42,608 nucleotides of DNA from Armatimonadota bacterium (GTDB lineage: Bacteria > Armatimonadota > Zipacnadia > Zipacnadales > UBA5352). This document shows, piece after piece, positions 9,038 to 17,582 of this stretch. Location: assembly GCA_034722055.1 (NCBI GenBank), contig JAYENL010000036.1, forward strand, positions 5,424 to 48,031. Reading direction: 5' to 3'. Every line of letters begins with the position of its first letter. The stretch's first letter is position 1. Position numbers and translations under genes: made by a program. Below the pieces are notes generated by a model. It saw only the letters and a program-made list of their open reading frames with translations, had not been told where the DNA came from and did not search any database.

Positions 9038-10081
9038 ATGCGTCACGGCTGGCGAGGTAAGCGAGGAGGCCGACGCTCCGACGACTGGTCGGAGGGTATG
9101 GGGCCGGGGTGCGTCAACCTCATCGCCATAGCCGGGAATACCGTGGGGCTGCTGATCTCGGTGATCGCAGGGATCCTCTCGCTGCTGGTGGGCACGCGCC
9201 AGATCGGATCGCGCGACCGCAGGCTGGAGCTGCGGGGCTACGACCTCGACGAGCATGACGAGTGGGACGAACGCGAGGAGCTGAGCCGGGCTTCCAGGGG
9301 CCGCCGGATCCCGATCCAGGGCCCCGACGACGACCCGGAGCCCCAGCGCGAGGAGCCCCAGCAGCCGGAGCGGTCCCCTGACATCGGCTCAGTGGTGCTG
9401 GCCCTGGCGGCCGGCCTGGGCATGGGGATCGCGGTGAGCTTCGCGCTGGCGGGCGGCGTGGTGGACTGGTCGATCAACCTCATGGTGCCGCCGCTGATCG
9501 GCCTGGGCGTGGGAGCGCTCATCTACGCCGCCCTCTATCACTTCACGACACGGTCCGAGCAAGGCCCGGTGCCCTCGACCCGCACCGTACGGCGGCAGGT
9601 GAGCCGGATTCAGAGCAAGGCCCGCAGCATCTCCCGGGAGGCCAGGCGGGTGGCCGGCGTGTACAGCGACCTCGACTGGCAGGCCCCGGAGCTGGCACGG
9701 GAGGCGAGGGAGCTGGGCGAGCTGCTCTGCGACCTCCGCGCAGCGTCCCGCGAGATACGCAGGGACTCGGGCAATCCGGTGCTCCCCCCGGGCGTGCCCG
9801 AGGACGAGCGTGACGAGGGCCTTCGGGCCCAGTTCGAGGCGGCCCGCTCCGCGCACCAGCGCCTCCAGCAGATGATCGCGCGCAACCGGCGCTCCCAGCA
9901 GCTCTGCCTGACGCAGCTCAAGCGTATCGAGGACCTGCTGGACGCCGCGCGCCTGCAGATATCCCAGCCCATGCAGCCGCCCGCAGAGGATGAGGGTCGC
10001 GCCGAGCTGGTCAGGGAGTTCGAGACCGAGCTCACCGCCGCCCGCCAGGCGCTGGAGGAGGTGCAGCAGATACGAGAGTGA
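9038..10081 (+). CDS. Hypothetical membrane protein with C-terminal coiled-coil
   Basis: 12 nt after the AlkP stop; GC3-biased codons; hydrophobic segments near aa 25-52 and 117-165; helical charged C-terminus. Confidence 0.7.
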   Translation: MRHGWRGKRGGRRSDDWSEGMGPGCVNLIAIAGNTVGLLISVIAGILSLLVGTRQIGSRDRRLELRGYDLDEHDEWDEREELSRASRGRRIPIQGPDDDPEPQREEPQQPERSPDIGSVVLALAAGLGMGIAVSFALAGGVVDWSINLMVPPLIGLGVGALIYAALYHFTTRSEQGPVPSTRTVRRQVSRIQSKARSISREARRVAGVYSDLDWQAPELAREARELGELLCDLRAASREIRRDSGNPVLPPGVPEDERDEGLRAQFEAARSAHQRLQQMIARNRRSQQLCLTQLKRIEDLLDAARLQISQPMQPPAEDEGRAELVREFETELTAARQALEEVQQIRE

Positions 10082-10135
10082 GGCCGCCCGGCGCCGGCCG
10101 CCGGACGACCTCAATCGATGCTGCCTCTGAGGCTG

Positions 10136-10327
10136 CTACGAGATGTAGCCGAGGCCGCGGAGGCGGTCCTCGATCTTCTCGGTGGCCTCGGCGTCGTCGA
10201 GCTTATCGATCTCCCGTTGGAGGATTACAGCGGCGAACTGCTCGCCGCTGTCGTAGCCGGCGGCCTCCGCGTACTCGTTCAGCTTCTCCAACAGCTCCTG
10301 GCCTATGGTAATGGTCGCATCTGCCAT
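10136..10327 (-). CDS. Small ribbon-helix-helix (CopG-like) protein with C-terminal RLRGLGY motif
   Basis: GGAGG SD; TITI strand + LLEKLNEYAEAAGYDSGEQFAAVIL helix pair; ends EKIEDRLRGLGYIS. Confidence 0.75.
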   Translation of the reverse strand: MADATITIGQELLEKLNEYAEAAGYDSGEQFAAVILQREIDKLDDAEATEKIEDRLRGLGYIS

Positions 10328-10364
10328 GTCGCGAGTCCTCCGTCTTTCTCCCCTGGCCTTGTCG

Positions 10365-11681
10365 TCAGCGCAGGTCCTTGTATTCGTCGGTCGTTGCCCA
10401 CCACTGCAGCATCTGGATGCGGTAGGCCGCGTAGCGGGGGTCGGTCCATGGGTCCTGCTTCACGCCTATGGCCGCCAGCTCGCCGGCCGGCGTGCCCTTG
10501 AACTGGCTCAGGAACTCGTCCACCGAGACCATCCCGGCCTCGCCGGGAGGGCTCACCATCGCGGCGATGGTCCGACAGGCGCAGTTGACGTCGCCGCTGG
10601 CCAGCAGCCCGGCCCGATCGGCGGATAGTACGGCTCGCATCTCCCAGGCGTGTGCCAGCCTCATGAGCCGGACGATCTCCTCCCGTGGGAGCCCCTCATC
10701 CCAGCCCACCGTGAAGTCCGCGGCCCCCTCCACCACCATCCTCCGGATATCGCAGTCCTCGACATCGCGGTCGATGATATGCTCCGCGGCCCACCAGTAC
10801 TCCGCGTTCTCGTTAAGCAGCCCATGTAGCGCCAGGCCCAGCGCGAAGAGCAGCTCCTGGCCGGTGAAAGCCATCCGGTAGGGCTCGCCCATGACCACTG
10901 TGGCGTTCTTCATTGGCAGAGCCAGCGGCATGCGAGTGTGCTGGTACAGCACCAGGACCGAGGGCGGCACGACGTGCAGGCTGCCCGCGGCGGTGGGCAG
11001 CATGTTCTCCAGTTCCCGCCATCGGGCATCCTCAGGCGCGCTGCACTGACCCACCAGGTGCGACCACCCCAGCGGGTCCTGCCAGAACAGCGTGAAGCCA
11101 TCCAGGACGTCCACGAACGCCGGGATGTTGTTGAGCTGGTCGCGATACTCAGCGTCCTGCTCGTGGTCCCAGGGGAGGGGCTCGGTCCCCTCCGCCGCCT
11201 CGATGTACTCCTCCTCTTCCTCATCCCCGGCCAAGATCTCATCGCCCCCGGACGCGCTCGCCTGGAACGGTGCCCCGACGGCCTCCTCTTCCTCCTCATC
11301 CTCGTCCTCGAAGTCGTCCAGGTCCGACAGGTCGGCGTCAGCGCGCTGGGCCACGAACGGGTCCGGCGCGATGTGCTGGAGCCGCTCCAGCCGCTGGGCC
11401 GTGGCCGGATCGATCTCCCGCAGCTCCTCCCACAGCTCCTCATTGTCGGGCTCGACGCGCAGCATCTCCTCGTACTGCGCGATGGCCCGGTGCTTCTCAT
11501 CGGCCTGCAGGTAGTATCTCGCCAGCCACCTGCGCGGCTCGATGAACTCCGGGTCGAGCTCCAGCACCTCCCTCATGGCCTCCACGCCGCGTTCCGGGTG
11601 TCTCCCCTCGAACAACTGCCTCGCCTCCCGCATCTTCATGCGGGCGGCCTTGCGCTGCGGTGACTCCTGCTCCTCAGCCAT
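10365..11681 (-). CDS. TPR-repeat protein with acidic linker and degenerate M48 (HtpX/Ste24-like) peptidase domain
   Basis: TPR-like 'MREVLELDPE..PRRWLARYY..AIAQYEEMLRVEPDN'; D/E-rich linker; 'ELLFALGLALHG', 'AVLSADRAGLLASGD', 'TDPRYAAYRI'. Confidence 0.7.
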   Translation of the reverse strand: MAEEQESPQRKAARMKMREARQLFEGRHPERGVEAMREVLELDPEFIEPRRWLARYYLQADEKHRAIAQYEEMLRVEPDNEELWEELREIDPATAQRLERLQHIAPDPFVAQRADADLSDLDDFEDEDEEEEEAVGAPFQASASGGDEILAGDEEEEEYIEAAEGTEPLPWDHEQDAEYRDQLNNIPAFVDVLDGFTLFWQDPLGWSHLVGQCSAPEDARWRELENMLPTAAGSLHVVPPSVLVLYQHTRMPLALPMKNATVVMGEPYRMAFTGQELLFALGLALHGLLNENAEYWWAAEHIIDRDVEDCDIRRMVVEGAADFTVGWDEGLPREEIVRLMRLAHAWEMRAVLSADRAGLLASGDVNCACRTIAAMVSPPGEAGMVSVDEFLSQFKGTPAGELAAIGVKQDPWTDPRYAAYRIQMLQWWATTDEYKDLR

Positions 11682-11845
11682 CGACGACCCCTCCGATGCG
11701 CGTCAACTCGATACTCCGGGTCCCTCGCGCGCTCATCCGAAGCTGCGAAGCGTGTCGTGAGGGTGCTCGGTAGCGACGGACTCTCCGTGATGTACTCGCC
11801 ATGGTATCGGTCGGCGGTGCCGGCTTCAGACACCGCTTGCTCGTC

Positions 11846-12907
11846 TCAGTCTCTCATGGCCGCGAGCGACTCCACGTAGGGCGCCCGGGCCACGCCCCTC
11901 TCAGTGATGATGGCCGCCACCAGGTCGTGGGGCGTCACGTCGAAGGCCGGATTGTAGACGGCAATGTCGGGGCAGACCGGCTCCTCGGCACGATGCCCCA
12001 GCAGCGCGACCTCCTCGCGACCCCGCTCCTCGATGGGAATCAGGTCCCCCGATGGCAGCTCGTAGTCGATGGTGGACACGGGCGCCGCCACGTAGAACGG
12101 TACTTCATGCCGCGCCGCGAGCACCGCCACCGTGTAGGTGCCGATCTTGTTCGCCACGTCCCCGTTGGCGGCGATGCGGTCCGAGCCCACCACCGCGCAG
12201 TCAACCGTGCCCTCGCTCATCACGTAGCCGGCCATGTTGTCGCAGATGAGCGTGGCGGGAATGCCCTCGGCACACATCTCCCAGGCGGTCAGCCGGGCCC
12301 CCTGCAGCAGCGGCCGAGTCTCATCAACCCACACATGGACGTCCCTTCCCGCCTGGTGGGCGGCACGGATCACGCCCAGCGCCGTGCCGTAGCCGGCGGT
12401 CGCCAGCGCCCCGGCATTGCAGTGGGTGAGGATGTTCGCGCCCTGCGGGATCAGCTCCAGGGCGTTGCGACCGATCGCCATGCAGCGCTGGAGGTCATCC
12501 TCCACGATCTCCTGCGCCCGCCGCAACAGGGCCTCGCGAACGGCGCCCGGGCCCTTCCCGGCGGCCTCATCGATAACGCGGTCCATCTGCCCCAGCGCCC
12601 AGAAGAGGTTCACCGCCGTCGGCCGCGTCGCCGCCAGCCGCTCCCGGGCGCGCTGCAGCTCGTCGCCCAGCTCCTCCCCGCTGTCGGCGTCACAGCGATG
12701 CGCCGCCAGCGCCATCCCCAGCGCCGCCGCGCAGCCGATGGCCGGCGCCCCCCGCACGCTGAGCCGCTCGATGGCCTCCGCGACACACTCCACGTCGCGG
12801 CAGTCGAGCATGACGAGCTCGCCGGGCAGCCGCGTCTGGTCGATCATGCGTACCGCCCCGCCGTTCTCGTCCACCCACTGGACGGTGGGCGGGACGCCTT
12901 CGGCCAT
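11846..12907 (-). CDS. mtnA: S-methyl-5-thioribose-1-phosphate isomerase
   Basis: IDQTRLP, VRGAPAIG, TRPTAVNL, LTHCNAGALAT..YGTALG, ETRPLLQGARLT, DRIAANGDVANKIGTY, NPAFDVTP; start ATG 12907 with GGAGG SD. Confidence 0.95.
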   Translation of the reverse strand: MAEGVPPTVQWVDENGGAVRMIDQTRLPGELVMLDCRDVECVAEAIERLSVRGAPAIGCAAALGMALAAHRCDADSGEELGDELQRARERLAATRPTAVNLFWALGQMDRVIDEAAGKGPGAVREALLRRAQEIVEDDLQRCMAIGRNALELIPQGANILTHCNAGALATAGYGTALGVIRAAHQAGRDVHVWVDETRPLLQGARLTAWEMCAEGIPATLICDNMAGYVMSEGTVDCAVVGSDRIAANGDVANKIGTYTVAVLAARHEVPFYVAAPVSTIDYELPSGDLIPIEERGREEVALLGHRAEEPVCPDIAVYNPAFDVTPHDLVAAIITERGVARAPYVESLAAMRD

Positions 12908-13027
12908 CGCCGGGCCTCCCTCGACGCCGGGTTCGCTACCGAGTATATGGTTCGCCGCCAGGGGTCCGGTTCCCTTCGCGAGGCACAGGTCAATCTCGGC
13001 CGAACGCGAACTGACTGGAGAGCGGTC

Positions 13028-14074
13028 ATGGCCGAGGTGACGCCGACCATCCTGCAGCGACCGACGCTGCTTATCACCGCCCCGCGCGGCTGGGAGCTCG
13101 AGGCCCGGCAGGAGCTGCGCCGGCTGCTGCCCGGCGTGCAGGTGAAGTCCCTGTTCATCCCCGGGAACCTGATGGCTGTGCCCGAGGGTGAGTTGCAGGA
13201 GGCTCTGGGCGCGCTCGCCGATGCTGACACCGAGACCGTGGGCCGCGTCACGCCGGTGCAGCTTCGCGTCGAGATCGGCCCGGAGCGTCGGTGGCTCGGA
13301 GCCATGCAGGAGGCCGCCGGGCGCCTGCCGCCGCCTGAGCGCGAGCGCAGCTTCCGGGTCGCGTGCAACCGCCGGGGCGAGCACGAGTTCACCAGCCGGG
13401 ATGTGGAGCTGGCGCTCGCGGACGTCTTCGTCACCCCGGAGGGCCCGCCCGTGGACCTGGAGCAGCCCGAGCAGGTCCTCTCGGCGGAGATCTTCCAGGA
13501 CCTGGCCTTCATGGGCATGAACCCGGCCGAGCACCTGCTGCACAAGCAGCTCCGGCGTATGCGCCGCTGGGCGCCCGGCGAGCGCCCCATCTCGCGGGCG
13601 GAGCTGAAGCTGCGGGAGGCCATCGACGAGTTCGGCCTGGAGCTGCCCGCCGACGGCCGGGCGCTGGACCTGGGCGCGGCGCCGGGCGGCTGGACGCGGG
13701 TGCTGGCCGAGCGGGTGGCGGAGGTGGTGGCGGTGGACCCCGCGGACCTCGACAAGCGGGTCACCGGCCTGGCCAACGTCACGCACATCCGGTCTCGCGC
13801 CGAGGAGCTCGATGCTGAGCGCCTGGGGCGGTTCGATGTGCTGACCAACGACATGAACCTCGAGCCTGAGGACTCCGCGCGGCTGATGTGCGCGGTGGCG
13901 GAGCTGCTGACGCCGGGTGCCGTGGCGGTGATGACCATCAAGTTCGTGACGCGGCACCGCCGCCGGCACGTCCGGGAGGCCGCGCGCATCCTGGAGGACT
14001 GCTACCGCGACATCCGGGTCGGTCGCATGCCGCACAACGCCAGGGAGACCACGGCCGTGATGCGGCGTCGATAG
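13028..14074 (+). CDS. THUMP domain + FtsJ/RlmM-like 2'-O-ribose RNA methyltransferase
   Basis: THUMP-like 'SFRVACNRRGEHEFTSRDVE...VDLEQPE'; 'ISRAELKLREA', 'ALDLGAAPGGWT', 'AVDPA', 'TNDMN', 'MTIKF', 'HNARET'. Confidence 0.85.
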   Translation: MAEVTPTILQRPTLLITAPRGWELEARQELRRLLPGVQVKSLFIPGNLMAVPEGELQEALGALADADTETVGRVTPVQLRVEIGPERRWLGAMQEAAGRLPPPERERSFRVACNRRGEHEFTSRDVELALADVFVTPEGPPVDLEQPEQVLSAEIFQDLAFMGMNPAEHLLHKQLRRMRRWAPGERPISRAELKLREAIDEFGLELPADGRALDLGAAPGGWTRVLAERVAEVVAVDPADLDKRVTGLANVTHIRSRAEELDAERLGRFDVLTNDMNLEPEDSARLMCAVAELLTPGAVAVMTIKFVTRHRRRHVREAARILEDCYRDIRVGRMPHNARETTAVMRRR

Positions 14075-14092
14075 CCCGCGGTGGAGGTGCGC

Positions 14093-15001
14093 TCATCCCG
14101 TGGCGTCTGCGGCCTGCGCGCCGGCCTGCAGTGCCCACTCGCGCACGCGGCTGACAGTGGCCTCGGTGCCGCACAGGGTCAGGGCGCTGTCCTCGTGGAA
14201 GACCAGCCGCAGCGCCCGCCAGCTCTCCGGCAGCCCCGGGGGACAGGGCTCCTTCGCTTCCTCGACCCGCATGTGCCGCCAGTGGAAGTAGTAGTAGAGG
14301 TCGGCCATCGGCGGGGAGTGCTCCCCGATGATGCGCAGGTAGTTCTCGGCCAGCTCCAGCAGGCAGACCGTGGGCTCCCCGTCCACCAGCATGGTGTCCA
14401 GGGGCTGGCTGGGCCGCGAGGGCGTGGGCCCCTCGGCCGCCACCACCAACGCCCGAAGCTGGCGCTGAGGGGTGTCGAGATACTGACCGCAGGGGTCGAG
14501 GAAGTCCAGGCCCACGCTGGCGGTGAACCGCAGCCGCAGCTGCCGCCCGTCCGCAAGGCCCAGGCTGTACACGAGGCACCGCTGCATGGCTGAGCAGGCC
14601 ACGGTCCCCAGATTCGCGGTCTCTGCCACGTCCTCGTGCTCGAGGTCAAGCAGCGGCTCCTGCCGCGCCCTGCGACCATGGACCAGAAGCCGCTGGTTCG
14701 TCAGCGTCACAAGCGCCGGATCACCGTCACCTGACCCATCGGCCCCATCCAGCCGCTCGGCGGGGAAGAAGCCCACGATCCGCTCGCCGGGCCGCAGTTG
14801 CTCCGCGAGGTGCCGGCGGCGCACCACCGCCCCCACCGCCACGGAGAGGGAGACCGTCGCTCCCGCGGCAGCCAGTACGATGGCGGCGATGGCGAAGGTG
14901 GTGCGGCGAGGCGTGCCGCTGTAGGGCCCGAGCAGCGAGTAGGCGGCGACGAAGGCCAGCACCAGCGCGGTGCCCGCAAAGCACAGCGCAGTGTGCAGCA
15001 C
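14093..15001 (-). CDS. Hypothetical membrane protein, two TM helices plus probable PH-like (bPH) domains
   Basis: GTG 15001 follows AGGAGAGG (alternative GTG 15052 overlaps the pfkB stop). Two hydrophobic helices, then 'LRPGERIVGFF...LVTLTNQRLLV', typical of bacterial PH-fold domains. Confidence 0.55.
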   Translation of the reverse strand: MLHTALCFAGTALVLAFVAAYSLLGPYSGTPRRTTFAIAAIVLAAAGATVSLSVAVGAVVRRRHLAEQLRPGERIVGFFPAERLDGADGSGDGDPALVTLTNQRLLVHGRRARQEPLLDLEHEDVAETANLGTVACSAMQRCLVYSLGLADGRQLRLRFTASVGLDFLDPCGQYLDTPQRQLRALVVAAEGPTPSRPSQPLDTMLVDGEPTVCLLELAENYLRIIGEHSPPMADLYYYFHWRHMRVEEAKEPCPPGLPESWRALRLVFHEDSALTLCGTEATVSRVREWALQAGAQAADATG

Positions 15002-15048
15002 CGCGCCTCTCCTGGGAGCCAGCCCGCCGCTGATGGGCCATCCGGGTC

Positions 15049-16035
15049 TCACCCGTGGCCGCCTCCCGAACCTGGCGCGCCCATGCCGCTCACAAGCTCC
15101 TCCACGGCCTGGGGGCTGAGCACGCCGGCGTCGTTGCCCACCACCGATGCCATCAGGCCCCCGGCCGCGTTCCCCCGCGCCACACACTCCTCCAGCGACA
15201 GCCCCGCCATGAGCGCGGCGAGGAAGCCGGCGTTGAAGGCGTCTCCGCAGCAGGTAGTGTCCTCCGTCTCGACCGCGAAGGCCGGCAGGCGCACCGTCTC
15301 CTCGTTGGCACAGGCGATGGCGCCCTCGGCTCCGAGCTTCAGGGCCACCACGTCAGCCATCGAGCACAGCGCGGCGAAGGCGGCCTGGACGCTGCGCGTC
15401 TCGGTGATGGCCTGCGCCTCGATCTCATTAGGCAGGAACAGGTCCACGCGCTCCAGCAGCGCCAGCAGCCCGCCGTCCCAGTCCTCGGCCGGATCGTAGC
15501 CGGTGTCCAACGACACGCTCAGGCCCTCATCGTGGGCGGCGTCCGCTACCTCCGGCAGGCCCGGCTGCAGCTTCGTCTGCAGGAAGTAGCTGCCCACGTG
15601 CATGTGCCCAGCGCGGCCCAGCAGGCTCCGAGGAACGTCATCCCCGCGCAGCGAATCAATGGTCCCCACGTAGGTCACGAAGGCCCGATCCTCGGGGCTG
15701 GACAGCGACACCGTGATGCCCGTGGCCCGCTCCGGATCGCGGGCCACGAAGTCGCCGGTGACGCCCCATCGCTCCAGCTCCCCGACCAGGAAGTCGCCGA
15801 AGTCGTCGCGGCCGACCCGCGCCACGAAGGCCACCTTCAGGCCAAGCCGTCCACAGCAGACCGCGAAGTTGGCCGCCGAGCCCCCCAGCCGGCGGGTCAG
15901 CGCCGAGGCCAGCACCTCCTCCCCATACGCCGGGATGCGGGGAATCCCCGACAGGATGAGGTCGATGTTCAGATCCCCGACCACCAGGACGTCGAAGTCG
16001 CGGCTCTCGTCCCACGCCTCGGGCCGCAACGGCAT
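15049..16035 (-). CDS. PfkB/ribokinase family carbohydrate kinase
   Basis: DVLVVGDLNIDL, LGGSAAN, VGRDDFG, FLPNEIEA, KLGAEGA, DTTCCGDAFNAGF (PfkB signature 2). The start could be ATG 16035 or TTG 16029. Confidence 0.9.
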   Translation of the reverse strand: MPLRPEAWDESRDFDVLVVGDLNIDLILSGIPRIPAYGEEVLASALTRRLGGSAANFAVCCGRLGLKVAFVARVGRDDFGDFLVGELERWGVTGDFVARDPERATGITVSLSSPEDRAFVTYVGTIDSLRGDDVPRSLLGRAGHMHVGSYFLQTKLQPGLPEVADAAHDEGLSVSLDTGYDPAEDWDGGLLALLERVDLFLPNEIEAQAITETRSVQAAFAALCSMADVVALKLGAEGAIACANEETVRLPAFAVETEDTTCCGDAFNAGFLAALMAGLSLEECVARGNAAGGLMASVVGNDAGVLSPQAVEELVSGMGAPGSGGGHG

Positions 16036-16196
16036 CCTCCCATCACAGCGCGCGTTGCCCACGTCGCAACAGGCTTCGGCGCCCATGCCCCGGCAACCTC
16101 CGTGCCGCAGCCGGGGGAGGTCTCCTGCACGTGATGCCGAAGCCGGCGGCTGGCGTGGCTGGTCCGAACCTGTCAACGACGCCGGGAGGTACACGA

Positions 16197-16421
16197 GTGT
16201 CCGAAGAACGAGACCTGTGCCGATGGTACAACGAGACGTCCGCAATCAAGCGCGCCTACGACCAGGGGCTCATCGAGCGCAAGTGGGTGGAGGACTACTG
16301 CTGGAACGGCGGCGAGGGCTGCGTGCGCAAGCCCCGCTTCGAGCAGGAGGGCTACGTCTCGCCCGACTACGTGCTGCCTGATGGCACGGTGAGCGAGAAG
16401 CTCAAGGGCCGGTCGTTCTGA
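16197..16421 (+). CDS. Small Cys-containing hypothetical protein, 74 aa
   Basis: GGAGG SD 7 nt before GTG 16197; MSEERDLCRWY...KWVEDYCW....CVR...PDYVLPDGT; coding-like codon usage. Confidence 0.75.
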   Translation: MSEERDLCRWYNETSAIKRAYDQGLIERKWVEDYCWNGGEGCVRKPRFEQEGYVSPDYVLPDGTVSEKLKGRSF

Positions 16422-16436
16422 GCCCCGGGAGCGGGA

Positions 16437-17582
16437 TCAGCCTCTCTGCACCTGTTCGGTCGCGGCGACCATGGCGTCAATGCGCCACGGCTCGGTATCC
16501 AGGGTCACAGGGCTGCCCAGGCTGGTCGCCAGCAGCGGCCCGGCGGCGTCAAACTGGGCGCGCACCGCCCGCCGGATAGTCTCCTCCGAGCCGTCACGCA
16601 GCAGCGTGGCGTCGATGTTCCCCAGCAGCGACCGATCATCGCCTATAGCGCGCCGCACCTGCCCCAGGTCGATCTCGAAGCCCTTCTTGCTCTCCTCGAA
16701 GGCCAGGACGTCGGCTGGCAGCTCCGCGAGGTGCTCCAGGCGGTCCTCGACGCCCCCGCAGCAGTAGTAGACCGTCCGCAGCCCCAGGTCCCGGGCGTGC
16801 TGCAGCAGCTCCCGCGCCGCCGGCAGGCTGAACCGCAGGTAGTCCTCCTCGGAGATGAGGTCCGAGCTGCTCAGGCACTCCTCGGTGAAGATGCACTCCA
16901 CGCCCGCCTCCGCCAGCAGATCCAGCCGGCCGCAGAGTGTCCGCGTCCTGTTGGCGATGATCTCGGCCAGCAGCTCGGGGCCCGAGCGCATCGTCTCCAT
17001 CAGCCCGGCGAAGCCCAGCGCCGAGTAGGCCGACCAGTAGGCCGCGCCCACCGACCCGTAGACCAGATACTCGTCACCCCATCGCTCCACGGCCCGCCGC
17101 GGCAGCTCCAGCGTCCCCGACTGCCGGTGCGCCGCGGCATCCTCGACCGGCGCGATGCGATCGGGATCGCGGGAGGCCACGTCCGACCGCCGGTCCCAGA
17201 CATCGGTGGTGGAGCCCTTCGGCGCGTCGATGACGTCCACCGGCTCGCCGCCCGGCGCCTGGCTGAGCACTCGGCCCTCCCGGAGCATGATCCGCGTGCC
17301 GCCGGCCGCGCGGGTGGGGCCGAAGCGCGTGGGCATCCACGCCGGCGGCCGCTGGAGGACGGACCAGGCTCGCTCCCATGCATCGAACTGCGCCTCCACC
17401 AGCTCCTCGAAGCTCAGCTCGCGCTCCCCGGCCCCGCCGAGCATCTCCCCGTAGACGGCGGCCAGCGCCTCTCGCCGCCGGGGCTCGAGGAACAGCCCCA
17501 GGTAGGTCTGCATGCACACCGGGGGATCGGGCGCCCCGCCGCTCAGCAGCGTAACGGCACGGGCCCGGCGGCCCGCGCTCAC
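16437..17582 (-). CDS. Divergent URO-D/MtaA-like TIM-barrel protein, 381 aa
   Basis: GTG 17582 overlaps the upstream stop (GTGA). 'LLSGGAPDPPV', 'EECLSSSDLISEEDYLRFSLP', 'YYCCGG', 'LLGNIDA', 'GSPVTLDTEPWRIDAMV'. Confidence 0.75.
   Translation of the reverse strand: MSAGRRARAVTLLSGGAPDPPVCMQTYLGLFLEPRRREALAAVYGEMLGGAGERELSFEELVEAQFDAWERAWSVLQRPPAWMPTRFGPTRAAGGTRIMLREGRVLSQAPGGEPVDVIDAPKGSTTDVWDRRSDVASRDPDRIAPVEDAAAHRQSGTLELPRRAVERWGDEYLVYGSVGAAYWSAYSALGFAGLMETMRSGPELLAEIIANRTRTLCGRLDLLAEAGVECIFTEECLSSSDLISEEDYLRFSLPAARELLQHARDLGLRTVYYCCGGVEDRLEHLAELPADVLAFEESKKGFEIDLGQVRRAIGDDRSLLGNIDATLLRDGSEETIRRAVRAQFDAAGPLLATSLGSPVTLDTEPWRIDAMVAATEQVQRG

Noticed and set aside
11801..14074. Apparent 757-aa and 729-aa overlapping ORFs suggesting an mtnA/methyltransferase overlap or fusion
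   Set aside because: Each is a real gene extended upstream through the antisense of the other. Starts at 12907 (-) and 13028 (+) give two ordinary divergent genes.
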